Below, piece after piece: positions 19,321 to 25,679 of a DNA stretch of 32,000 nt; position 1 is the first letter of the stretch; every line of letters begins with the position of its first letter. Location: sequence record OR515479.1. One strand, written 5' to 3'. The stretch comes from Citrobacter phage Tr1. Made by a program: the position numbers and the translations under genes. The notes under the pieces were generated by a model that saw nothing but the letters and a program-made list of their open reading frames with translations, searched no databases and was not told the origin of the DNA.

Positions 19321-21405
19321 TTATCTGGTTCGTACACTGAAAGGATTACCGAAGGATTGTCTTGATCTTCCTCCCATTTTACCGTAGCCTGTAGTTGCGT
19401 TAGTTGGGCTAGGAATCGCTACAGCCCTGAAAGTCTGTTCTTTTGCTAAAGTGTTGAAGCAAGATGCTGCGGCATCAGGAATATCATCCTTAACCATTGC
19501 TGTAGAACGCTCTCCGTTAAACGATTCCAGTTCCTTGTAAAAGTGATCCAATGTTTCTTTGTTAGGGAAGGAATCCTCAACAATGTAAACAAAACCATTC
19601 TGACAAGCACTACTGAAAGGCATGAAACGTTGTAGCTTCTTCTTGTTACCAGGCATAGCATCCGGCTTAACTTGGAAACCTTCAAGGATAAGTTTCTTAG
19701 CTGATTCTGTGTATTCAATCAAACCTGCTCCAGATGGATCTTTAGGAAGGACAACAATACATTCATCCCCGTCAATCTTACTCTGGTTTAAGATCAGATT
19801 ATCACGATCACCAGGTAGTCTTCGGAATCGTCCGAAAATCTTACTACCATCATCCCTTGCATCCATATCAAAATCACCAAAGATATAAATGTTTCCATTC
19901 TCATCTTTACCCATTTTAACAGATGTTGTAAAGTCAGGGTAGCGATATGCTTCTGTAGGAACAGATACTGCCTTATCCCATGCTCGCATATACTTCATGT
20001 TGTTCGGGATATCCTTATACTTGATAACGTGCAACCATTCCCGTTGGAAGAAACTCTCTTCCTGTACTCGTGCAAACCAGCAACCATCCAGAAGCTGTGC
20101 ACGTTTAACTGCGGTCTGTGCTTTCAGAGAAGCCAGATATTTAGGGTTGAGTCTAATCAGTTCAGGGTTATCGAATATCGTACCACCAATGAATACGAAA
20201 CTCTGTGGTTCAATCGTAACAATCTCACCAGTGTTAGGGTTTTCCATGAAACAGTTTTCAGGATACTTCTCTTTCAGTTCTTCTGGCGTGTCACCAAAAA
20301 CTGGTTCGTCATTAACGATCAAGAAGTATTTCTGTACGCCACACATTTCCTCAATAGGGAAACCACCTTCATCTAAATAAGGGAGTACCCAGTTTAGCAC
20401 CCAGCTATCAGCGTCGGGGTTACATGTGCAGAGCATGAAAGATGTTTCGGACTCAGAACGCATACGACCTAACAGGTACAACATTTCATACTGAGTGAAG
20501 TGTGTAAGTTCGTCGAAGCCTACCATTGAATACTGTGTACCTTGATGGTTAGTTTCTGCTGTTACGTTGTCGTTTTCTAAGTGGTCAAACTTAAGTGTGC
20601 CACCATTTGTTGCCCTAAACTCCATTTCCATTGCTTGTTCACGAACGTGAGGTTTTAATGGTAGGTAAAGTTTCTTAGCCTCAGAGAATAATCCCCCTGG
20701 TTTACGGTGTGCAGTTGTGTTCTTACGGAAGAGGATTCCCCCGAAGAGCGGATCTTTATAAGCGTACTTGAGCGCCTTTAGTAGTAGCAGACGGCTCTTA
20801 CCGCTATTCCCAGTAACGAAGCAGTGATTGCCACGTCTAAATATAACGAAACTACTTGGAGTTTCAAAGCAATATTTTGTATCATCAGTTGTCATCACCT
20901 CATGTATTTTCAAAGCAGTTTGAGGCTTGCCTTGAATATTAAATGGAACTCGTTTGCCGAATGGGTTTTCAATATAACCTCGGAGTGGGTGTCCTGCTTG
21001 CTGTAATGCAATAAGATCACCAACGAGTATTTCAAAATGCTTCTTCGATTTCTTCTTCTTGAAGAATACAAACCTGTGTTCCATACTTAACTCTTGGAAC
21101 ACGCCCACACCGTTTGTGATGCGGTAGAGGTTGTCTTTGGTAGGATGTTCAACAAAGAATGGTGAGACTAGTTCTACACGTTTATTACGAGGGTTCCATT
21201 GGTAGATATCTTCCCCGTCATAATCTTTAATCTGTTTCCACCCGTCTTGAGTTAAATACTCAGTTTCAGCAGTAACACATCCAGCAGCACCACCGTAAAT
21301 CATAACCTCCGGCATCAAATCCATTGCCTTAGTTTGTTTACCTGGTTGTGCCTTTACTTCGATATCAGCATTCGCTAATGAACTCTTGGCAGGTTTTCTT
21401 GCCAC
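19321..21405 (-). CDS. terminase large subunit containing an intein
   Basis: 694 aa. Walker A GGAAG/SGKSRLLLLKALKYAYKDP split by intein; Walker B YSMVGFDELTHFTQYEM; C-terminal nuclease-domain-like MRAWDKAVS. Confidence 0.92.
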   Translation of the reverse strand: MARKPAKSSLANADIEVKAQPGKQTKAMDLMPEVMIYGGAAGCVTAETEYLTQDGWKQIKDYDGEDIYQWNPRNKRVELVSPFFVEHPTKDNLYRITNGVGVFQELSMEHRFVFFKKKKSKKHFEILVGDLIALQQAGHPLRGYIENPFGKRVPFNIQGKPQTALKIHEVMTTDDTKYCFETPSSFVIFRRGNHCFVTGNSGKSRLLLLKALKYAYKDPLFGGILFRKNTTAHRKPGGLFSEAKKLYLPLKPHVREQAMEMEFRATNGGTLKFDHLENDNVTAETNHQGTQYSMVGFDELTHFTQYEMLYLLGRMRSESETSFMLCTCNPDADSWVLNWVLPYLDEGGFPIEEMCGVQKYFLIVNDEPVFGDTPEELKEKYPENCFMENPNTGEIVTIEPQSFVFIGGTIFDNPELIRLNPKYLASLKAQTAVKRAQLLDGCWFARVQEESFFQREWLHVIKYKDIPNNMKYMRAWDKAVSVPTEAYRYPDFTTSVKMGKDENGNIYIFGDFDMDARDDGSKIFGRFRRLPGDRDNLILNQSKIDGDECIVVLPKDPSGAGLIEYTESAKKLILEGFQVKPDAMPGNKKKLQRFMPFSSACQNGFVYIVEDSFPNKETLDHFYKELESFNGERSTAMVKDDIPDAAASCFNTLAKEQTFRAVAIPSPTNATTGYGKMGGRSRQSFGNPFSVRTR
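20806..21279 (-). other. mini-intein coding segment inside TerL (residues 43-200, 158 aa, no endonuclease domain visible)
   Basis: Begins CVTAETEYLTQDGW, has SMEHRFVFF, ends CFETPSSFVIFRRGNHCFVTGN followed by Ser(+1). Removing it restores IYGGAAGSGKSRLLLL. Confidence 0.92.
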
Positions 21406-21413
21406 ACTTCCTC

Positions 21414-21743
21414 CTACTTAGAAATAATCCCTGAATCTTGCAATGTTCTAACATACTCTTGCAATGATAGTAGTTTTTGTCTATCCTTATCCCATAATGC
21501 GTTATTGGCTGTTTGATTACTGACAACCTCAGAACGAGACACACCCTTAGCGAGTTGCTCTTCTGTATACAGGATAGGTGTTGATGGTTTCTCTAAATCT
21601 GCTTTGTCTACGCCTTGCACATTCTCACTGGCTACAGCTTTGCACTGTTCAATCAGAATCGGTTGGGAAGGACTTGTTGATGATGAGCAACCCGTCATCA
21701 CGAGGGGCAAAGCAAGACAGAGTGCCAGCATTAGTTTTCGCAT
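21414..21743 (-). CDS. outer-membrane spanin lipoprotein (Rz1-like)
   Basis: 109 aa with signal peptide and lipobox LVMTG-C; start lies out of frame inside the 3' end of the Rz-like gene. Confidence 0.65.
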   Translation of the reverse strand: MRKLMLALCLALPLVMTGCSSSTSPSQPILIEQCKAVASENVQGVDKADLEKPSTPILYTEEQLAKGVSRSEVVSNQTANNALWDKDRQKLLSLQEYVRTLQDSGIISK

Positions 21744-22071
21744 AGTCTACACTCTCTTGATAAATGTTGAGGGACTTTTTGTCCAGTTCCAACTTGAGAG
21801 AACGTTTCTCTGCAAGTAGTTTGTCAATCTTAGCGTTGAGAGTTTTACGATCTGCATCTGCCTTCGCTTGCAGCACTTTAAAATCTTTCTCAGCTTGTTT
21901 CTGGATTTGAAGTTGGACAGCCTCTTGTTTGGCAACCCCAGCATCAAACCCACGGTTATAAACCTTGTTAGCTCCTACATACAATGCACCGATAATGAAC
22001 AAGGCTATCACTAGCCACTTAGTCCATTTCTCTTTGAGCATCGTCAGGAACACTGTCAGAGACGTTATCAT
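21649..22071 (-). CDS. inner-membrane spanin (Rz-like)
   Basis: 140 aa. N-terminal TM (WLVIALFIIGALYVGA), then a helical QKQAEKDFKVLQAKADADRKTLNAKIDKLLAEKRSLKLELDKK. Confidence 0.65.
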   Translation of the reverse strand: MITSLTVFLTMLKEKWTKWLVIALFIIGALYVGANKVYNRGFDAGVAKQEAVQLQIQKQAEKDFKVLQAKADADRKTLNAKIDKLLAEKRSLKLELDKKSLNIYQESVDYAKTNAGTLSCFAPRDDGLLIINKSFPTDSD

Positions 22072-22177
22072 CTTTAAACTTCACCTTTGGTAATCCAGGG
22101 GAGTTATTGACAATCCTCTTCACTTCCATTGGTTGAGCATTCGCAAGAATCTCCTCCAAGGTCATCTGTATCATCAT
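22019..22177 (-). CDS. small hypothetical protein
   Basis: Same frame as track ORF 22019..22255, but the likely start is the MMIQMTLEEI ATG at 22177, which follows an AGGAG site. Confidence 0.45.
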   Translation of the reverse strand: MMIQMTLEEILANAQPMEVKRIVNNSPGLPKVKFKDDNVSDSVPDDAQREMD

Positions 22178-22277
22178 ACATCTCCTGTTCAAGATCCCAG
22201 TTACGGGAATAGTCATGCTTCCTATCACGATGGACAGAAGCGCGGTTAAAATCATGTTTCGCTACATAGTTTCTCAT
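22104..22277 (-). CDS. 57-aa small protein not in supplied track
   Basis: AGGAGGATATTATG start; MRNYVAKHDFNRASVHRDRKHDYSRNWDLEQEMYDDTDDLGGDSCECSTNGSEEDCQ. Confidence 0.6.
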   Translation of the reverse strand: MRNYVAKHDFNRASVHRDRKHDYSRNWDLEQEMYDDTDDLGGDSCECSTNGSEEDCQ

Positions 22278-22328
22278 AATATCCTCCTTTATTTAATAAT
22301 AGCATAAAACATATACAAAGATCAAGCC

Positions 22329-22368
22329 AAAAAAGAAAAAACCCCTAACCGTTAGGAGAGGGGTGTCA
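22329..22368 (-). terminator. terminator downstream of 98-aa gene
   Basis: Minus strand CCTAA-CGG-TTAGG-GGTTTTTTC, with alternative outer pairing CCCCT..AGGGG. Confidence 0.7.
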
Positions 22369-22409
22369 AATGACAAGGAGGAAGGGGCATAGCCCCAAGA
22401 GAGGAGAGA

Positions 22410-22706
22410 TTAAATAACAATACGTTCACGTTTGGCAGTTTCGTCCACTTCGTCTTCTTCTTCGAGAGACTCATAGTGTTCGTCTAACCACCCTTCAACT
22501 TGATCCTTAATGGTTTTAGCTGCTTGGAACTTCAAAGTTTTAGCTGCGTCTTTGTCACTAAGTAATCCAACTATGTATTCCATAGCTTCAAGGTAGTTAG
22601 CTGCGAACAGTTCTTTTACCTTAGCCTGTGCATCATCCATAGCATATATTTGTTGCATTTCTGCTGTAGGTCTTCCACGACCTCGTTTGATCTTTTTGGT
22701 AGACAT
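22410..22706 (-). CDS. possible terminase small subunit
   Basis: 98 aa. KKIKRGRGRPTAEMQQIYAMDD...LLSDKDAAKTLKFQAAKTIKDQVEGWLDEHYE. Upstream of TerL. Assignment by composition and position only. Confidence 0.35.
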   Translation of the reverse strand: MSTKKIKRGRGRPTAEMQQIYAMDDAQAKVKELFAANYLEAMEYIVGLLSDKDAAKTLKFQAAKTIKDQVEGWLDEHYESLEEEDEVDETAKRERIVI

Positions 22707-22770
22707 ATATACCTCCTTTAGTTAGTTTAACATAAAAACTAACATTTGTAAAGCTTATTATGACAGATAC

Positions 22771-22797
22771 AAAAAAGCCTCCACTTGGGAGGCTGAT
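22771..22797 (-). terminator. terminator at the end of the tRNA array
   Basis: Minus strand AGCCTCC-CAAGT-GGAGGCT-TTTTT. Confidence 0.85.
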
Positions 22798-22884
22798 TTT
22801 TGAAGTTGTGCGTTAAGGAGTCGCACCCCTCCCTCTTAGAAGGAACTAGGCATGTTTCTTCGAAGATACCGCTGGCGCGATATA

Positions 22885-22959
22885 TGGTTGTAGCAGAGAG
22901 AATCGAACTCCCATTTGACGATTATCAGTCGCCTGTCTTAGCCGTTAGACGATGCCACA
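22885..22959 (-). tRNA. tRNA-Ile(GAT)
   Basis: TGTGGCA/TGCTACA acceptor, loop CTGATAA, T-arm GGGAG-TTCGATT-CTCTC, CCA encoded. Confidence 0.88.
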
Positions 22960-22965
22960 TTTGTT

Positions 22966-23043
22966 TGGCAGCAAAGTGAGGAATCGAACCCCTTGGTATA
23001 TAGTTTGGAGCCATACCTTCACCCAGTGACGTTTAAACCTACT
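22966..23043 (-). tRNA. tRNA-Trp(CCA)-like, poorly folding
   Basis: Anticodon arm TATGG-CTCCAAA-CTATA, T-arm with TTCGATT, CCA encoded. Acceptor and D-arm pairing weak. Confidence 0.5.
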
Positions 23044-23051
23044 CGGCTATT

Positions 23052-23127
23052 TGGAGGCGAGAGCCGGAATCCAACCGACCTGTACTAGCTTATGAAACTA
23101 GAGAGTTCAGCAGAACTCTATCTCGCA
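23052..23127 (-). tRNA. tRNA-Met(CAT) (or Ile2)
   Basis: TGCGAGA/TCTCGCC acceptor, CTAGT-TTCATAA-GCTAG, D-arm GAGT/ACTC, T-loop TTGGATT, CCA. Confidence 0.82.
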
Positions 23128-23320
23128 CTTTCTGTTTTAGGCTAACTTCGCCATGGTTAACTCTTTATAGCCTTTCTTGGAATGGCATCCTTTCGGACGG
23201 TGAATACCCGTTACAAACCCTATGGTATCTCTTACGTTCCACGAGAACTTTACTGGCATTGCGCCAAACCTTTTCAGGAAGTTGAGGTATCATTGCTGAT
23301 CCATGGTTATCCTCATTTTA

Positions 23321-23405
23321 TGGTGCACCAGGAGGGACTCGAACCCACACACCCGAAAGCGCTAGAACCTAAATCTAGTGCGTCTACCAATTTCGCCACT
23401 AGTGC
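23321..23405 (-). tRNA. tRNA-Leu(TAG)
   Basis: GCACTAG/CTGGTGC, CTAGA-TTTAGGT-TCTAG, long variable arm, CCA. Confidence 0.95.
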
Positions 23406-23477
23406 ATTATGTAGCTTGCTCTGGTATGCCACACATACATCTTGCCAGACCGTAGCACTAGACAAGAGAGCAAATAT

Positions 23478-23552
23478 TGGTGCGAAGTGATGGTAACGAT
23501 CCATCCTATACGGATTTTCAGCCCGTCACTAATCCATCTCAGCTAACTTCGC
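23478..23552 (-). tRNA. tRNA-Phe(GAA)
   Basis: GCGAAGT/ACTTCGC, ACGGG-CTGAAAA-TCCGT, GATGG-ATCGTTA-CCATC, CCA. Confidence 0.85.
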
Positions 23553-23558
23553 ATTATT

Positions 23559-23633
23559 TGGTCAGAGTGGAGAGGATCGAACTCCCGAAATCTTGTTCCC
23601 AAAACAAGTGGTATACCGCTTACCGACACTCTG
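23559..23633 (-). tRNA. tRNA-Pro(TGG)
   Basis: CAGAGTG/CACTCTG, CTTGT-TTTGGGA-ACAAG, CCA. Confidence 0.92.
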
Positions 23634-23640
23634 AATAATA

Positions 23641-23717
23641 TGGCAGTCCTGACGGGGATCGAACCCGCGACCTCTCACGTGACAGGCGAGTATTGTAACC
23701 ATCTCAACTACAGGACT
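23641..23717 (-). tRNA. tRNA-Asp(GTC)
   Basis: AGTCCTG/CAGGACT, CTCGC-CTGTCAC-GTGAG, CCA. Confidence 0.95.
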
Positions 23718-23725
23718 ATTTTATT

Positions 23726-23802
23726 TGGCTGGAGAAGAAGGACTCGAACCCTCGCATATGAGGATCAAAGCCCCATGCCTTAACCAACTTGGCTATTCTC
23801 CA
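23726..23802 (-). tRNA. tRNA-Gln(TTG)
   Basis: TGGAGAA/TTCTCCA, loop CTTTGAT, CCA. Confidence 0.93.
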
Positions 23803-23809
23803 ATAAATC

Positions 23810-23898
23810 TGGTATCGTGGATGGGATTCGAACCCATACGGAGGTTTCCCTCTCTAGATTGAAAGTCTAGCTACTTCGACCAGTTTGTATACCACGAT
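23810..23898 (-). tRNA. type II (long variable arm) tRNA with anticodon TTC
   Basis: ATCGTGG/CCACGAT, CTAGA-CTTTCAA-TCTAG, variable arm AGAGGGAAACCTCCGT (GAGG/CCTC), ATGGG-TTCGAAT-CCCAT, discriminator A, CCA. Confidence 0.85.
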
Positions 23899-23990
23899 AT
23901 AAATCATTTAAAGAGAACCGTTAGAAGGGGTGAAGGAGAAAACCATGAGCGAAAAAGGAAAAAGTTTTCTAACGATTCTTTTTAAATAAT

Positions 23991-24368
23991 CTACAATACA
24001 AGCAAACCTGCATGAACTTCTCTGTGACAGTTAGAGCACAAGAGTACACACTTCTTGATTTCTGCAATAAGTTTCTCTTTTTTCCAACTATTCTGCATCA
24101 TAGTAGAAACAGATGCTTCTTTTTTGTCTGGGTTCAAGTGATGAAACTCTAAAGCACTTTTGCACTTATTATACCCGCAAACCGAACACTCAAGCTTCGA
24201 GCATATAGACATAAGTATGTCCCAATTCCTAGCTCTAACTTGATTATTATTACAGTCTCTACAAGCAGGTTTATATTTATCAGTACCTGCCGGAGTTTTA
24301 CCATTTCTGTAGAACTGATCCAAGCTCTTAGATACATTACAAATATTACAAGTATTACAAGTTTTTAT
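23991..24368 (-). CDS. HNH endonuclease
   Basis: CSVCGYNK...LEFHHLNPDKKE...LCSNCHREVHAG. The N-terminus probably extends past the track TTG start (24323) to IKTCNTCNICNVSKSLDQFY, with an AAGGAGG site 5 nt before an ATA codon at 24366-24368. Confidence 0.85.
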   Translation of the reverse strand: MKTCNTCNICNVSKSLDQFYRNGKTPAGTDKYKPACRDCNNNQVRARNWDILMSICSKLECSVCGYNKCKSALEFHHLNPDKKEASVSTMMQNSWKKEKLIAEIKKCVLLCSNCHREVHAGLLVL

Positions 24369-24383
24369 ATTAACCTCCTTTAC

Positions 24384-24460
24384 TGGAGCGTGTAACAGGA
24401 TTCGAACCTGCGACGAACTGGTTGGAAGCCAGACGCTCTACCAAGCTGAGCTACACACGC
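24384..24460 (-). tRNA. tRNA-Gly(TCC)
   Basis: GCGTGTG/TACACGC, TCTGG-CTTCCAA-CCAGT, CCA. Confidence 0.94.
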
Positions 24461-24508
24461 ATACCTCATACTTCTACTCTACTACATTTTAGTCCTTGTT
24501 GTCAAGGA

Positions 24509-24835
24509 CTATTTTAAAACTTTCGTCAAATCTTGACGGTTGAAGTATTCGAGAGTGAAATAAAGATCTCCAATCTCTTCTGGTTCCCACTGATCTTCCA
24601 AGCCGTAGCAAGAACAATGGTAAGCATGAACTTCATAAAACAATCCATCACGTTTGTCGAAGAAATAAACCTCAGACTCGCCTTGGTAATCTTCATACAT
24701 ATAGTCAGCCCAAAGGATGACAATATCATCTTCTGTCACTTTAGCCCGATAAGAACCAACAACATCATCAAAGTCAACGAAGTCATTATTGTAGTTATCA
24801 ACCTGGAAGTGTTCAGATAAAAAATCTTTAGCCAT
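24509..24835 (-). CDS. hypothetical acidic protein
   Basis: 108 aa ORF within the tRNA array. Confidence 0.6.
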   Translation of the reverse strand: MAKDFLSEHFQVDNYNNDFVDFDDVVGSYRAKVTEDDIVILWADYMYEDYQGESEVYFFDKRDGLFYEVHAYHCSCYGLEDQWEPEEIGDLYFTLEYFNRQDLTKVLK

Positions 24836-25001
24836 AAACCCTCCTCTTTAAAAGTATGTGGGACAGTGACGGGTATCCCTTTGGATGACAAGTCCTACGT
24901 TCGGTAGGATTAGCGATGCAAGCACACACTATCCTGACGGTTGGTAAGAGCCGCTCCTCCCGATTCCAACCCTCCTACTCCCAGTCACGGTTTCGGTACT
25001 C

Positions 25002-25077
25002 TGGTGCTCATAGTAAGACTCGAACTCACGGCATCATCCTTACAAGGGAAGCGTTCTACCAACTGAACTATATGAGC
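25002..25077 (-). tRNA. tRNA-Thr(TGT)
   Basis: GCTCATA/TATGAGC, CTTCC-CTTGTAA-GGATG, CCA. Confidence 0.94.
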
Positions 25078-25081
25078 AATA

Positions 25082-25167
25082 TGGCGATGGATCAAGGATT
25101 TGAACCTTGCTGGAGGATACACCTCACAGATTAACAATCTGCCGCCCAACCACTAGGCCAATCCATC
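25082..25167 (-). tRNA. type II (long variable arm) tRNA with anticodon GTT
   Basis: GATGGAT/ATCCATC, D-stem GCC/GGC, GCAGA-TTGTTAA-TCTGT, variable arm GAGGTGTATCCTCCAG, CAAGG-TTCAAAT-CCTTG, discriminator G, CCA. Confidence 0.85.
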
Positions 25168-25245
25168 GTTATTCTTTATTTGAGAGTAGGCGCGTTCTGT
25201 CGCCTCGTGTTATTTTCTCCTGATTTCTCAGGCTCCCTTTAGAGC

Positions 25246-25321
25246 AGCGAGTGGGGAGAATCGAACTCCCTTAGCATCTTTCAGCAAACCCGAAGGTTAT
25301 TGTCTAGCCACGACCACTCGC
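25246..25321 (-). pseudogene. degenerate tRNA or tRNA-like element
   Basis: Perfect acceptor GCGAGTG/CACTCGC and T-arm GGGAG-TTCGATT-CTCCC, but no 5-bp anticodon stem with a 7-nt loop; CCA not encoded. Confidence 0.5.
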
Positions 25322-25359
25322 ACAAAAATGTGTACCTCTAAAGCTCTCTCAAAAATAGT

Positions 25360-25409
25360 TGGCGACTTTGGGAATCGAACCAGTAGCACCAGCTACAGCC
25401 GCCATTGTT
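25360..25409 (-). pseudogene. truncated tRNA remnant
   Basis: Minus strand ...CTGG-TTCGATT-CCCAAAGTCGCCA keeps a T-loop and 3' CCA; only about 50 nt before the next tRNA. Confidence 0.45.
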
Positions 25410-25485
25410 TGGTATGGGGTGATGGATTCGAACCCACGACCTAGGGAGTAGAAATCCCTTGCTCTATCCACTGCGCTACACCCCG
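25410..25485 (-). tRNA. tRNA-Arg(TCT)
   Basis: CGGGGTG/CACCCCA, AGGGA-TTTCTAC-TCCCT, D-arm GCGCAGTGGATAGAGC; T-arm has register trouble. Confidence 0.8.
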
Positions 25486-25498
25486 ACAACAGATGCGA

Positions 25499-25678
25499 CT
25501 ATAACATATCTTCCTGTTCAATGTCAACATCTTTTTTAAACTTTCTTTTACCTTTCTTGCAAATAACTCCGCAAGACTTGCATTTCTCACCAGGACTAAC
25601 TAACGTCCTGTCACAACCACACCAATGAAGACCTCTTTTGGCTTTCTTAACTCGTATTCTATTTTGTTTGCGAACCAT
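25499..25678 (-). CDS. 59-aa Cys-rich (zinc-ribbon-like) protein not in supplied track
   Basis: MVRKQNRIRVKKAKRGLHWCGCDRTLVSPGEKCKSCGVICKKGKRKFKKDVDIEQEDML. Confidence 0.55.
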   Translation of the reverse strand: MVRKQNRIRVKKAKRGLHWCGCDRTLVSPGEKCKSCGVICKKGKRKFKKDVDIEQEDML

Positions 25679-25679
25679 A

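Noticed and set aside
17783-21006. Plus-strand ORFs opposite portal and terminase
   Set aside because: Antisense shadow frames of strong structural genes, no function-like sequence.
23182-23490. Plus-strand 102-aa ORF in the tRNA region
   Set aside because: It runs antisense through tRNA-Leu(TAG) and into tRNA-Phe; translation LEPTHPKALEPKSSASTNFATS is a typical product of reading antisense tRNA.
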